Shown: piece after piece, positions 39,204-49,346 of the stretch
How the letters are laid out: each line of letters opens with the position of its first letter
How positions within the stretch are numbered: position 1 is the stretch's first letter
Assembly: GCA_947646915.1 (NCBI GenBank)
Contig: CANSII010000005.1
Coordinates: forward strand, 1,171 to 65,170
DNA: 64,000 bases
DNA from: an uncultured Clostridium sp.
GTDB lineage: Bacteria; Bacillota; Clostridia; TANB77; CAG-508
Direction of reading: 5' to 3'
The notes under the pieces: model-generated
Told to the model about the DNA's origin: nothing
Database searches by the model: none
Seen by the model: the letters and a program-made list of their open reading frames with translations, nothing else
Position numbers and translations under genes: made by a program

Positions 39204-39992
39204 CTATATTTTATTTGTATCTACTGCTTTTTTATAAAATTTCATTATAAATTTTGCTATTGGTTCAGGCCAATATCTTTTTAGCATTAACAAATCTTCT
39301 TCTAATCTAATATTATTTTCAATTAAATTTGAAGTTTCAGATTCCTCGTGTATTCTATGTTGCATTAATTCTTTTGGAATATATAAAAAATTTGATTTAT
39401 ACTGTGTCATTTTGTCCCAAGTATCCCAATCCAAGTCACATTTAAGTTCTGTCTTATATGGTTTTTCACCTGTTATTTTCTTATTAATAGTTACACTTGG
39501 ACAACAAATACTACATCCTAATGATAATACTCTCCTTTTTATAAATTTTGACTTTTTAAATATTCTTAATGGGAATAATAAAACTTTCTTTAATTTCAAA
39601 TTGTTAGTTAATTCAATTTCTTCTCCATTTTTTAGTTCTCTATAATCTGTAAAAGCAATGACAAAATCTTTGCCGTTTTCTAATTGATTTACTATTTCTT
39701 CAAGATAAGTTGATTTATAAACATCATCTTGATGTGCAATTGTTACATAATCTGTCTTAACTTTGCTTACACCAAAATTCCAATCTTGCCCTATTCCCTT
39801 TTCTCCTTCATTAACAAATACTGGTATTTCGTATTTTTTTGCTAAATTTTTTATAAAATCATTTGGTGTTGATGTTGTTATTATTATATTACTTTTTACA
39901 GTTTGTTTTATTACTGATTTTATACATTCTTCTAAATATTTTGATGTTTTATATGCACATATAACAAAAGTATGTTTTTTAAACTCTTTCAT
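39204..39992 (-). CDS. GT2 glycosyltransferase
   Basis: FVICAYKTSKYLEECIKSV and HQDDVY. Start taken at MKEFKK. The upstream 42 codons of the track ORF are R1 read-through. Confidence 0.8.
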   Translation of the reverse strand: MKEFKKHTFVICAYKTSKYLEECIKSVIKQTVKSNIIITTSTPNDFIKNLAKKYEIPVFVNEGEKGIGQDWNFGVSKVKTDYVTIAHQDDVYKSTYLEEIVNQLENGKDFVIAFTDYRELKNGEEIELTNNLKLKKVLLFPLRIFKKSKFIKRRVLSLGCSICCPSVTINKKITGEKPYKTELKCDLDWDTWDKMTQYKSNFLYIPKELMQHRIHEESETSNLIENNIRLEEDLLMLKRYWPEPIAKFIMKFYKKAVDTNKI

Positions 39993-40004
39993 TTTACTAT
40001 TTAT

Positions 40005-40223
40005 CCTTTCACTTCGCTTCGCTTCGTTCATCGTCATCCTAAAAATTCTTCGAATTTTTCGTCTGCCAAATTTTTTTCTTTGGGGCCTTTTCGCTTCGCT
40101 TCGTTCATCGTCATCCAAGCTTATGTATACAGAATTTATTTCATAAATTCTGCATAAGATATCTGTATTTCGCTTTGCTCAAACAGCTTTTTTAATTTTT
40201 CGTCTGCCAATTCTTTTCTTTGG
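40005..40223 (-). repeat. R1 leader repeat, composite: short form (40005..40083) plus long form (40086..40223)
   Basis: Two copies of CTTCGCTTCGCTTCGTTCATCGTCATCC. The second carries the CAGAATTTATTTCATAAATTCTG hairpin. Both end with CGTCTGCCAA-T-rich-CTTTGG. Confidence 0.8.
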
Positions 40224-40225
40224 AT

Positions 40226-40615
40226 CTATTTTGATTCGCTTTGCTCTTCGCCATTGGTTGGAATAGAATTCTTCTCCAATTCTTCTACTCTTTTTTTCAA
40301 CATTGATATTTCTTGTATCAATAATATATTTTTATTTTCTTGTTTTGTTATTAATCGTGTTAAATCAAATATTAAATATAATATAACAAATATCGCAAAA
40401 CAAAATATCATATTTATTGGAAGTCCAAATCCTAAAGAATTTGAAATATTTTCAACAAAATTTGGAGCTATAAGTGCAATTATTAGAATAATTCCTATTA
40501 TAGACCAAAATATTAAATAATTTATACGCATATTTTTTCTTTTTACAGATTTTGATATACAAAATAGGTATATTAATAATATTACTATTAATGCTATCTT
40601 TAATGTTATTTGCAT
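40226..40615 (-). CDS. DUF2304-like small membrane protein
   Basis: 129 aa with 3-4 TM segments and a C-terminal coiled segment. Its start overlaps the stop of the GT2 gene upstream in the operon (shared base 40615). Confidence 0.6.
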   Translation of the reverse strand: MQITLKIALIVILLIYLFCISKSVKRKNMRINYLIFWSIIGIILIIALIAPNFVENISNSLGFGLPINMIFCFAIFVILYLIFDLTRLITKQENKNILLIQEISMLKKRVEELEKNSIPTNGEEQSESK

Positions 40616-41337
40616 TATCTTTTGCCCCCTCTTTTTCTAAAACTAATGCTATCTATTATTATTGCTAAAACTACTTTCATCATATAATCTGCTGGCTTCC
40701 AAAATTTACTTGTTAATGAAGAAACTCCACCTTCTCTTTCATTCATATTTACAGGAACTTCTTTAATTTCATATCCATTTACTAATAAAGATACTGTTGA
40801 CTCTGGCTCAGGATATTCAGTTGGATAATTTTTAGCAAATTCTTCTATTACTTTTTTATTTGCAGCTCTAAACCCTGATGTAGGATCTGTTATTTTTTTA
40901 CCACAAAATAATTTAATACATAATGTAATTATATTTGCACCTATTCTTCTAATTAATGTTGATTGAAATTCACTTTCTTTTTTATCTAAAAATCTTGTTC
41001 CTATTACCATATCAGCTTGTCCTTTTTTTATTAATTCACTAACTTTCTCAACATAACTTACATCATGCTGTCCATCTCCATCAAATTGAATTGCAATATC
41101 ATAATTATTTTCATAAGCATATTTATATCCAGTTTGTACTGCTCCTCCTATTCCAAGATTATGAATAAGTTTTATATGATTTATATTGTTTTCTGTTAAT
41201 ATCTTTTCTGTATTATCAGTTGATCCATCATTTATAACTATATAATCTAATTCATTACTATAATCTTCTATTTTTTTACATGTATTTAAAATATTTTCTT
41301 CTTCATTATAAGCTGGTATTATTAATAAAATATTCAT
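40615..41337 (-). CDS. GT2 glycosyltransferase (polyprenyl-phosphate sugar synthase-like)
   Basis: LLIIPAYNEE, VINDGSTDNT and QFDGDGQHD. Confidence 0.85.
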   Translation of the reverse strand: MNILLIIPAYNEEENILNTCKKIEDYSNELDYIVINDGSTDNTEKILTENNINHIKLIHNLGIGGAVQTGYKYAYENNYDIAIQFDGDGQHDVSYVEKVSELIKKGQADMVIGTRFLDKKESEFQSTLIRRIGANIITLCIKLFCGKKITDPTSGFRAANKKVIEEFAKNYPTEYPEPESTVSLLVNGYEIKEVPVNMNEREGGVSSLTSKFWKPADYMMKVVLAIIIDSISFRKRGGKR

Positions 41338-41492
41338 CTAATTCTCTCCTATTTTATATTTAGGTTAATAATTTTAATGTCGTTATATTTTGTTAGAATT
41401 TCTTAATGTCTACAAGACCAACCGAGATACAAATAAATATTTATATATCAGCAGTTTCACTATAATATTTTCTAAAAATTATTAACCTGTAA

Positions 41493-43193
41493 CTATTTTA
41501 ACATTTCACCTAATAAAGCTACTGCAATAAAAATATTTTGTGCAATTGTTATTTTCATAACAAAATTTGTATCATTATTACTTTTTAAACTCTTATTTGA
41601 TATACACAACATAATTAATGGTAAAATTGGAAAAATATATCTTAATTGGTATCCTAATACATAATCAGCTCCAACTGGTGCACATGCAATATATAAAATT
41701 CCACTTGTAAATCCGTATGTTAATAAAAAAATTATAAACATTAAACTTTTCTCTTTAAATGTAAAGTTTTTACTGTCATCTTTAATAGCAACATAAAAAT
41801 AATATAAAAGCATTATTACAAAAACATTGTTTGCCTTTGAAGAGAAAAATATTTCAGAATTAATATGTTTTAGCCATTCCATATTTAATAAGGTATTTCT
41901 AATATGATTATAAATAACCTTTGGAATAATTAATGGATGTTGTATTGCATTTTTTATTTGTTCAGTTGAATTTACGTTTTCAAATCTATTATCTGTTAAA
42001 TTAACTTTAGGTTGAATGACAAGTACTATTGCATTAGCAATTATAAATCCTATAATAATTAGCGGAATTTGTTTTTTATATTTTTTAATTAGCTCTTTTA
42101 TTGGAAGTAATAAAACTAATAATCCAACTAAAGCATATGACATAGATTTATATGATAATAATAAAGTATAAATAATTGCTAAATTTATCAATTGTTTCAA
42201 TGTTATATTTTGTTTATTATTATTTAGCTTTAAACAATATGCTATAAATAACAATACAAACCCTATCCCAATTCCATCTGGAGAATATGTTGCAGATAAA
42301 CATATTATCATAGGAATTGTCATTATAATTAAGAATAGATTTTTTTTATATGGTAAATTTTTTATTATTAAACTTATTAAAATAATATAGGCAATCAAAT
42401 TAAAAAATCTTCCTAATAAAAATATATCTGCTACACTTCCTTGTAAAATTCTTCCTATTAATATTCCTAATGCTGAAGGCATATATATTATTGGACTATA
42501 TGTTGCTGGTGTAGAATCTACTGTTCCCTCTTTAGGTAATTCTCCTTCTTGAAAATCATATTTAACTTTAAAAAATCCTTCCAAAATTGTATAATGTGTA
42601 CCTGTTTTTAAATCTGTCATGAATTGCTTATCAACAATTGGTTCTTCATAATTTATATTACCATATGATAAATTATAAGCTGACATAAAATGTTTTTTTT
42701 CATCAAATACATGATACGCATTAACTGTAATGCAAAATATACATCCAATCAAAAATATTGATACAATATTAGTTATATATTTATTTGTTACATATTCAAT
42801 TGCCCAAAATAATGTTATTAACAATATAGATACCATTGAAAATTGAATGAGAGCTAATTCTTGTTTTATTAAAAATTTATATAAATAAATTATAAACAAA
42901 ATTACTGCTATTAACATATATATAAGTAAAGCATATTTTTTTATTTTATTTTTAAAAGAATCTGAAACTTCATTTATTATATTGCTCTTATTTAAATAAA
43001 ACATTGCAATTAATATTAATAAATAAAATATTCCTCTACATAGTGAAAAGAAAAATCCTTCTGATGGTCTATGTGTTAAAACTGCTGTTGTAAATTCTAC
43101 ATTACAATAACCAAATTCAAAAATTGCAATTAATACTATTAGTAATATCCAATTGAAAATTTTTATATTTCTATTATTAAATATTTTTTCCAT
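41493..43193 (-). CDS. polytopic membrane protein, DUF2142-like (paralog of 29179..30861)
   Basis: 566 aa with shared motifs HVFDEKKHFMSAYNLS, YSPDGIG and GYQLRYI. Confidence 0.6.
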   Translation of the reverse strand: MEKIFNNRNIKIFNWILLIVLIAIFEFGYCNVEFTTAVLTHRPSEGFFFSLCRGIFYLLILIAMFYLNKSNIINEVSDSFKNKIKKYALLIYMLIAVILFIIYLYKFLIKQELALIQFSMVSILLITLFWAIEYVTNKYITNIVSIFLIGCIFCITVNAYHVFDEKKHFMSAYNLSYGNINYEEPIVDKQFMTDLKTGTHYTILEGFFKVKYDFQEGELPKEGTVDSTPATYSPIIYMPSALGILIGRILQGSVADIFLLGRFFNLIAYIILISLIIKNLPYKKNLFLIIMTIPMIICLSATYSPDGIGIGFVLLFIAYCLKLNNNKQNITLKQLINLAIIYTLLLSYKSMSYALVGLLVLLLPIKELIKKYKKQIPLIIIGFIIANAIVLVIQPKVNLTDNRFENVNSTEQIKNAIQHPLIIPKVIYNHIRNTLLNMEWLKHINSEIFFSSKANNVFVIMLLYYFYVAIKDDSKNFTFKEKSLMFIIFLLTYGFTSGILYIACAPVGADYVLGYQLRYIFPILPLIMLCISNKSLKSNNDTNFVMKITIAQNIFIAVALLGEMLK

Positions 43194-43332
43194 TTTTTAA
43201 CCTTTCTTTGTTACTTGTTAATATTTTTCATATTTCTATTTAATGAAATTGTTAATATATAAATATTTATTCAACTTTTCGATTACCTTGCACAACACTT
43301 AAGAAATTCTAAAAATAGACCTGTAAATTTGT

Positions 43333-45564
43333 TTATTTTTTTAAATGTCCTTTTATTTTTTTTGCAATCTTCCACGCTTTTGAATTTCTCATCATTTCAT
43401 ATCTGTGTACAACATGTCCATATATTGCCTTATATTCATTAAAATCAAATACATTACTTATAGCTTTATAATCTAGAAATTTATATATATCAACTAATTC
43501 AATTTTTTCATCAGTTTTAATATTCGTATATAAATTATTATAATATTCTTGCATTTGTTCAATAGTTTTAAATTTATAATTTTTAAAATTTTCTTTTTTC
43601 TTTTTATATTCATCTTTATTATTACTTATTTCTACTATTTTTTCAAGTATTTTTGAATTATTTGTATTAAATTCAATAACCCATCCTAAATTGTCTTTTT
43701 TTACTCTATCACCTACAGCTCCAATATCAAATGTAAGTATAGGTATGTGTCCCATATAGCATTCAGATAATGTATACGAATATGTTTCTGGACATGTAGC
43801 AAAAATACATGCTAAATCTATATTATTATCAATTAATAATTGTGGCAATTCTTCTCTTACATATTTACCATGATTTATATACATTTTTGTACTTTTTACT
43901 AATTCTTTATCATTAGTTTTTCCAAAAAGATGTATTTTTATATTAGAATTTGTATTAGTTTTAACCAATTCTTTTAAAATTTTTTCACCCTTATGTATTG
44001 CCATAGCTCCAACAAACGCAATATTGAATTCTTTTTTGTTGCTTCTATTTTCTTTATTTTTGATATTTATAACTTTTACTCCATGTTCTACAACTTCTAT
44101 TTTTAAATCTTTATATATATTGTTAAACAGTTTTTTTGTATTTTCAGATGGAACGATTATCTTATCAAACTTTTCTATAACATTTTTGCAAGTTTCTTGC
44201 CATTTATCTAAAATATTATTATTTACTTTTAATCTATTATACAAGCATTTTTCACAGTCTTTTTGTTTATCATATTCACAATAAATGTCTTTATAAATCA
44301 TATTGATTGACGGACAAATCATATATAAATCATGTAATGTAATTATTGAATATATATTTTTTTCTTTTGCAATATCAATTGCATCAAATGTTTGGAATAG
44401 AAAGTGATGTACATGCAAAATATCAATCTTAAAACTATCAAATATATTTTTTAACATTTCTTTATATGTATTATTTGTATATACTACTTGTCCATAATGA
44501 TTTATATCTGTCTTATAATTTGCAATTTCTCTCGCATAGTCTTTTGTATATAAATATAATTTAAATCTTGATAAATCATATCTATCTGGTGCTAATACAA
44601 AACTTGCTATATTGTTTTTTATATTTGATAATATTATATCTTTTATATGAAGTGATGTTCCCCCTGTCATATCCATATTTTCTTCCCATTCATTCACAAG
44701 ATATAATATCTTTTTCTTCTTATATAATTTAGTATTTAAATCTACATTTTCTTGTATATCACGAAGCGGATTATTTGCTATAAAATTATCTGTTTTTTGT
44801 ACATAAATTGGATATTTTTCTTTCAATAATTGCATATGTTCTTTAACTAATGCCATTCTTGATGATGTTAAGTTTTCCTTTTTAAAACTTTGTGTTCCTT
44901 TATGATAAATAAATGTATTATCACATAATACATTTGTATATCCATGGTCTAATGCTCTATAACAAAAATCATTTTCTTCTCCATAACCTTTACCAAATGT
45001 TTCATCATCAAATAATCCTATTTTATTTATTACATCTCTTTTTATATACATACAAAATCCATTTCCTGTTGTTAATTCAGGATATCTATTTTTAGATATT
45101 TCTTCTATAATTTGAGCATATTCATCTAATGTTATATCTTGTGGCAATTCATTATCAACACCAAAATTTGGTACTGAACATATTGTTCCATTATTTGTAA
45201 GTGGTGTTACTGTTGCTATGTATTCATTTGAATATGCACATTTTTGAATTTTTTCTATCCATGTTTTTGTTACTTCTGTGTCACTGTTTAATAAAATTAC
45301 ATCGTTTTCAGAATATTCCATTCCTTTATTTACTGTTTTTACAAATCCTAAATTTTGTTCATTGTCTAATACTACTATTTGCTTTCCTTCATTTTCATTT
45401 TTATATTTTAATAACATCGGCATTATTTTTTCATCTGGACTTTTGTCATTTATTAAAATTATTGTGTGTTTTGTTAAATCTGTATTTTTTATTAGACTTT
45501 TTATACATTCTTCTGTATATTCATATGCATTATAAATTGGTACTATAATATCTATGTTTTTCAT
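43333..45564 (-). CDS. bifunctional GT2 + GT4 glycosyltransferase
   Basis: N-terminal IDIIVPIYNAYEYT...LNSDTEV (GT2). The C-terminal half is GT4/GT1-like (HVHHFLF, EGFG-type region). Start taken at MKNIDI. Confidence 0.8.
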   Translation of the reverse strand: MKNIDIIVPIYNAYEYTEECIKSLIKNTDLTKHTIILINDKSPDEKIMPMLLKYKNENEGKQIVVLDNEQNLGFVKTVNKGMEYSENDVILLNSDTEVTKTWIEKIQKCAYSNEYIATVTPLTNNGTICSVPNFGVDNELPQDITLDEYAQIIEEISKNRYPELTTGNGFCMYIKRDVINKIGLFDDETFGKGYGEENDFCYRALDHGYTNVLCDNTFIYHKGTQSFKKENLTSSRMALVKEHMQLLKEKYPIYVQKTDNFIANNPLRDIQENVDLNTKLYKKKKILYLVNEWEENMDMTGGTSLHIKDIILSNIKNNIASFVLAPDRYDLSRFKLYLYTKDYAREIANYKTDINHYGQVVYTNNTYKEMLKNIFDSFKIDILHVHHFLFQTFDAIDIAKEKNIYSIITLHDLYMICPSINMIYKDIYCEYDKQKDCEKCLYNRLKVNNNILDKWQETCKNVIEKFDKIIVPSENTKKLFNNIYKDLKIEVVEHGVKVINIKNKENRSNKKEFNIAFVGAMAIHKGEKILKELVKTNTNSNIKIHLFGKTNDKELVKSTKMYINHGKYVREELPQLLIDNNIDLACIFATCPETYSYTLSECYMGHIPILTFDIGAVGDRVKKDNLGWVIEFNTNNSKILEKIVEISNNKDEYKKKKENFKNYKFKTIEQMQEYYNNLYTNIKTDEKIELVDIYKFLDYKAISNVFDFNEYKAIYGHVVHRYEMMRNSKAWKIAKKIKGHLKK

Positions 45565-45577
45565 AATTACTTCTTTT

Positions 45578-45710
45578 CCTTTCACTCGCTTCGCTCGTTC
45601 ATCGTCATCCAAGCTAATGTATGCAGAATTTATTTCATAAATTCTGCATAAGATATCTGTAATTTGCTTCGCTCAAACAGCTATCTTAATTTTTCGTCTG
45701 CCAAATCTTT
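45578..45710 (-). repeat. R1 leader repeat, long form, upstream of the GT2+GT4 gene
   Basis: CCTTTCACTCGCTTCGCTCGTTCATCGTCATCC + hairpin + TTTTCGTCTGCCAAATCTTT. Confidence 0.8.
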
Positions 45711-45733
45711 ATTTTAAAAATAAAACTATTTAA

Positions 45734-45878
45734 AGTCAAATAATATTAATTTGAAAAAATGAGTTTGACCTGAGTTGTTATTCACTTTAACCAATTTTAG
45801 TGTGTTTCTAAAATATGAATATTCAGTATCTTAAACGCCTTGGAAAACGAAATTTTTGAAAATTCATATTATTTGACT
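45734..45878 (+). repeat. R2 MITE-like repeat, full copy (first of a tandem pair)
   Basis: AGTCAAATAATATTAATTTGAAAAAATGAGTTTGACC ... AAAATTCATATTATTTGACT. Confidence 0.8.
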
Positions 45879-45920
45879 TATATTATTATTTTTTTATCCC
45901 TAACAAACTAAATAATTTAT

Positions 45921-46059
45921 ATAATACTTAATTTGAAAAAATGAGTTTGACCTGAGTTGTTATTCACTTTAACCAATTATAGTGTGTTTCTAAAATATGA
46001 ATATTCAGTATCTTAAACGCCTTGGAAAACGAAATTTCTGAAATTCATATTATTTGACT
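45921..46059 (+). repeat. R2 MITE-like repeat, full copy (second of a tandem pair)
   Basis: Near-identical to 45734..45878, and the flanking about 45 bp is duplicated as well. Confidence 0.8.
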
Positions 46060-46096
46060 TATATTATTATTTTTTATACATAACAAACTAAAAAAT

Positions 46097-47797
46097 TTAT
46101 ATAATACTTATTCCTGTATTTGTTTTACTTAAATTTGGGCTAAAATAAGCATCACCTTTTTTATATTCTTCTCTCCATTTGTTCATTATTTTTTCTTCAT
46201 CTTCTTTATTCTTTTCAATTTGGTTTACCCCTCTAACTTTTATAGAAATTATTGGATTTATTATTACTTGTTTTCCTGAAGCAAGCATTTTTAAACATGT
46301 ATCAACACTAACAGCTAAACCTGTAAATTCACTTGTAAAACCACCTATTTGCATAAATACATCTTTATCTATCATTGCATATTTTGTATATACACAAGAT
46401 ACATTATGTATAATCAATAATCTTTGCATATATGTGCCTATATCTTTTGGAACTCCTTTATATAGCAGATCTGCCATTCCATTCATTCCTAATATAATTC
46501 CACAATGTTCAACTAATTCCTCTTTATTATATAATTTGGTTCCTACTATTCCAACATTTTTATCTTGACAAATTCCAATTAAATCTTGTATAAAACTTTT
46601 TTTATCTATATAATCTAATTTTTCATCTAATATCATAAAGTATTTTCCATTAGATTGAGAAATTGCTTCATTATAATCTTTAAATATATCTTGTGATGGT
46701 TTCACAACCTTTTCTACATTTTCTACTTCTTTACTAGAAATAGCTATAATTTCATAATTTTCATAGTCTGTTGATTTTTTTAGTTTTTCAACTATTGATT
46801 GTATATCATTTTCAAAACAATTTCTGCCATCTATTATTATACTAACTTTTGGATTTCCTTTTACAATATATTTTATCTCATAACTTCCAGGTGTTAGACC
46901 ATCTGTAACTTCTACATCTGTATCTAAATTTCTTTTTATATGATCCTTTATTACTTTTTTTCCTATTTCAAACGCATATGGTTTTGAATCAGAATTTTGT
47001 GCTGTTGAATTTTTATGTGCTCTCCAATGATATAATACTTTTGGAATATGAACTATATTATCAGTAATCTCTGATGCTCTTGCAACTATATCAAAATCTT
47101 GACTTCCATCATATTCACTTCTAAATCCACCTAACTTGTCCATTAATTCTTTTTTAAATACACTGAAATGGCAAATATAATTTGCACTATTTAATGTATA
47201 TGGTGAAAAATCTGGTTTGAAAAATACACCATATCTAGGTCCTTTCGTTGTTTCAAGCTTATCTTCATCTGAGTATAAAAATTCTACATTTGAATTTTCA
47301 TTTATTGCTTTTACTATCTCATATAAAGAAAAACTAGGTAATAAATCATCGTGATCTAATAAACCTATAAAGTCTCCAGTTGCAAGTGTAAGTGCTTCAT
47401 TAGTGTTTCCTGAAATGCCTTTATTTTCACCTATTATTTTGTATTTTATTCTATCATCTTTTTTTAAATATTCTTTTATATATTCAATTGGTTCAGGTGA
47501 ACCATCTGCCAAACAAAGTTCCCAATTTGAATAAGTTTGGTCTTGTAAACTTTTTACCAATTCGTCAAAAAAATCTTTTGGTGTATTATATACTGGCACA
47601 ACTATACTAATTTTAGGTTGAACTTTAAATACAGTAATTCTTTGATTTTTTAATTCTTCTTTACTTGGTTCATTTTTATTAATCCAATTTTTATAAATTC
47701 TTTCTTCTTCACTATATTTTGAAAAATATTTTGTATATATATTTTTTATAAATTCTCTTCTTTTTGACCCTCTTGGTAATATTCTATCTATGCTCAT
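46097..47797 (-). CDS. two-domain GT2 glycosyltransferase
   Basis: ISIVVPVYNTPKDF...LDHDDLL (GT2) plus a second Rossmann-like GT module (VSIIIDGRN...). Confidence 0.8.
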   Translation of the reverse strand: MSIDRILPRGSKRREFIKNIYTKYFSKYSEEERIYKNWINKNEPSKEELKNQRITVFKVQPKISIVVPVYNTPKDFFDELVKSLQDQTYSNWELCLADGSPEPIEYIKEYLKKDDRIKYKIIGENKGISGNTNEALTLATGDFIGLLDHDDLLPSFSLYEIVKAINENSNVEFLYSDEDKLETTKGPRYGVFFKPDFSPYTLNSANYICHFSVFKKELMDKLGGFRSEYDGSQDFDIVARASEITDNIVHIPKVLYHWRAHKNSTAQNSDSKPYAFEIGKKVIKDHIKRNLDTDVEVTDGLTPGSYEIKYIVKGNPKVSIIIDGRNCFENDIQSIVEKLKKSTDYENYEIIAISSKEVENVEKVVKPSQDIFKDYNEAISQSNGKYFMILDEKLDYIDKKSFIQDLIGICQDKNVGIVGTKLYNKEELVEHCGIILGMNGMADLLYKGVPKDIGTYMQRLLIIHNVSCVYTKYAMIDKDVFMQIGGFTSEFTGLAVSVDTCLKMLASGKQVIINPIISIKVRGVNQIEKNKEDEEKIMNKWREEYKKGDAYFSPNLSKTNTGISII

Positions 47798-47800
47798 ATC

Positions 47801-49324
47801 TTAATTCCTCTTTAAAAATTTTTTATTATTTGCATTTTTTTCTATTTCATTTTCTAATGCATTAATGTATTCTTGCTTTTTTGCATTATCATTTTTTGCT
47901 TCTTCTAAATATTTTTCTAAGTTTTTAATATATTCACCACTTCTTATTATTTCTTGCCAATATGATTTATTTTCATTTATTAAATTATCTATTGCTTTCA
48001 AATTATCTTTTTTATACATAGCTTCATATACTTGTTTATCTATTATTTCTTCTCTTAATTCTTTATCTATATTTTCAAAAAGTTCTTTATATTGTAAAAT
48101 ATTAAGCTTTTCTAATAATTCATCTATATTTATTTTTCTAACTAAATCATATGAATTTATAATTGCTCTATAAATAACAAATTCTACTGGTAAATAGTCT
48201 TTTTCCCATTCTTGATCGAAAAATACAAATTCATCATTAATGTAAAAACAATTTTTAGGAACCATATCCCAATAACCTTTTTCCATATAATTTAATTTAT
48301 CTAAAATTTCTTCATCATCGCTGAAATTTAATTTATCTTTGCATTCTTGGTATTTTACAGAATCTTTTAGCAACATATCCCTTTGTTTATTTAGTATTTC
48401 AACTACTTTATCAATATTATTAGCGTTATTAGCTAATATACTATCTAATGTTGATTGATTTTTTATTAATTTGCTATATATTTTTCCATCTTTTTCATAA
48501 TCTAATATTTTTATATTTTCATATTTTATGTTGTTTATTATATCTATCATATTATTAATATGTTTTTCTGCTTTATTATTTGCTGTTAACTTTTCTACAA
48601 CATTATCTTTAATTATTGTTATTAATTGATATTGTTCTTTTCTATAATTATTAAAAGAAACATAATTAATAGAATTTTCGCTTTCTTCTTTTGATATTTC
48701 AATTAAGTAGGAATTTACAAAAAAACTAATCATTTCTGGCGCATTTAATACTATCGTTTTTAACATTTTTATTTCATCAAATACTTTTATTTCATCTTCT
48801 GATATATTTGGATTATATCTTTCTATATAGCTTATATCTATGTTATAATTTTCATTTATAATTACTTCTGATGTTTTATAGTCTGGAAAAGCATAAAAAG
48901 TATTTATTTTGGTTAAATTATTTTTTTGTAATTCTTTTTTTACATAGCTTAACGTTTTAATTTTTTCATATTGATTTTCTAAAGATAAAATACCATTTTT
49001 ACTTTCAATATCATATTTGCTCCAATTGTTTATTCCTAATTGATTATTTCCAATTATTAACATTTTTCCTTTGTCGTTCATTATTTCAATAACTTTTTCA
49101 ATAATATCATTATAATTTTCATATCCATATATTAATATATAATCATATTTAATATCTAAACTCAAATCATCAATATTTTCAATTGTTTTTATATTTTTAA
49201 AATTTTTTTCTAATTCTTTTGTAATACATTCATTTAAGCCTATTTGAATTATTGTTTTATCTTTTTCAAAAGGATACCATTTGATTATATTTGAATTAAA
49301 TATTTTTAATTTATCTTGGTTCAC
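47801..49324 (-). CDS. hypothetical protein: weak methyltransferase-like N-terminal region, central domain, C-terminal coiled coil
   Basis: 507 aa with IIQIGLNECI...DYILIYG and a heptad-like C-terminus (YLEEAKNDNAKKQEYINALENEIEKN). Confidence 0.4.
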   Translation of the reverse strand: MNQDKLKIFNSNIIKWYPFEKDKTIIQIGLNECITKELEKNFKNIKTIENIDDLSLDIKYDYILIYGYENYNDIIEKVIEIMNDKGKMLIIGNNQLGINNWSKYDIESKNGILSLENQYEKIKTLSYVKKELQKNNLTKINTFYAFPDYKTSEVIINENYNIDISYIERYNPNISEDEIKVFDEIKMLKTIVLNAPEMISFFVNSYLIEISKEESENSINYVSFNNYRKEQYQLITIIKDNVVEKLTANNKAEKHINNMIDIINNIKYENIKILDYEKDGKIYSKLIKNQSTLDSILANNANNIDKVVEILNKQRDMLLKDSVKYQECKDKLNFSDDEEILDKLNYMEKGYWDMVPKNCFYINDEFVFFDQEWEKDYLPVEFVIYRAIINSYDLVRKINIDELLEKLNILQYKELFENIDKELREEIIDKQVYEAMYKKDNLKAIDNLINENKSYWQEIIRSGEYIKNLEKYLEEAKNDNAKKQEYINALENEIEKNANNKKFLKRN

Positions 49325-49346
49325 TTATACTTTCCCCCCATTTTAA

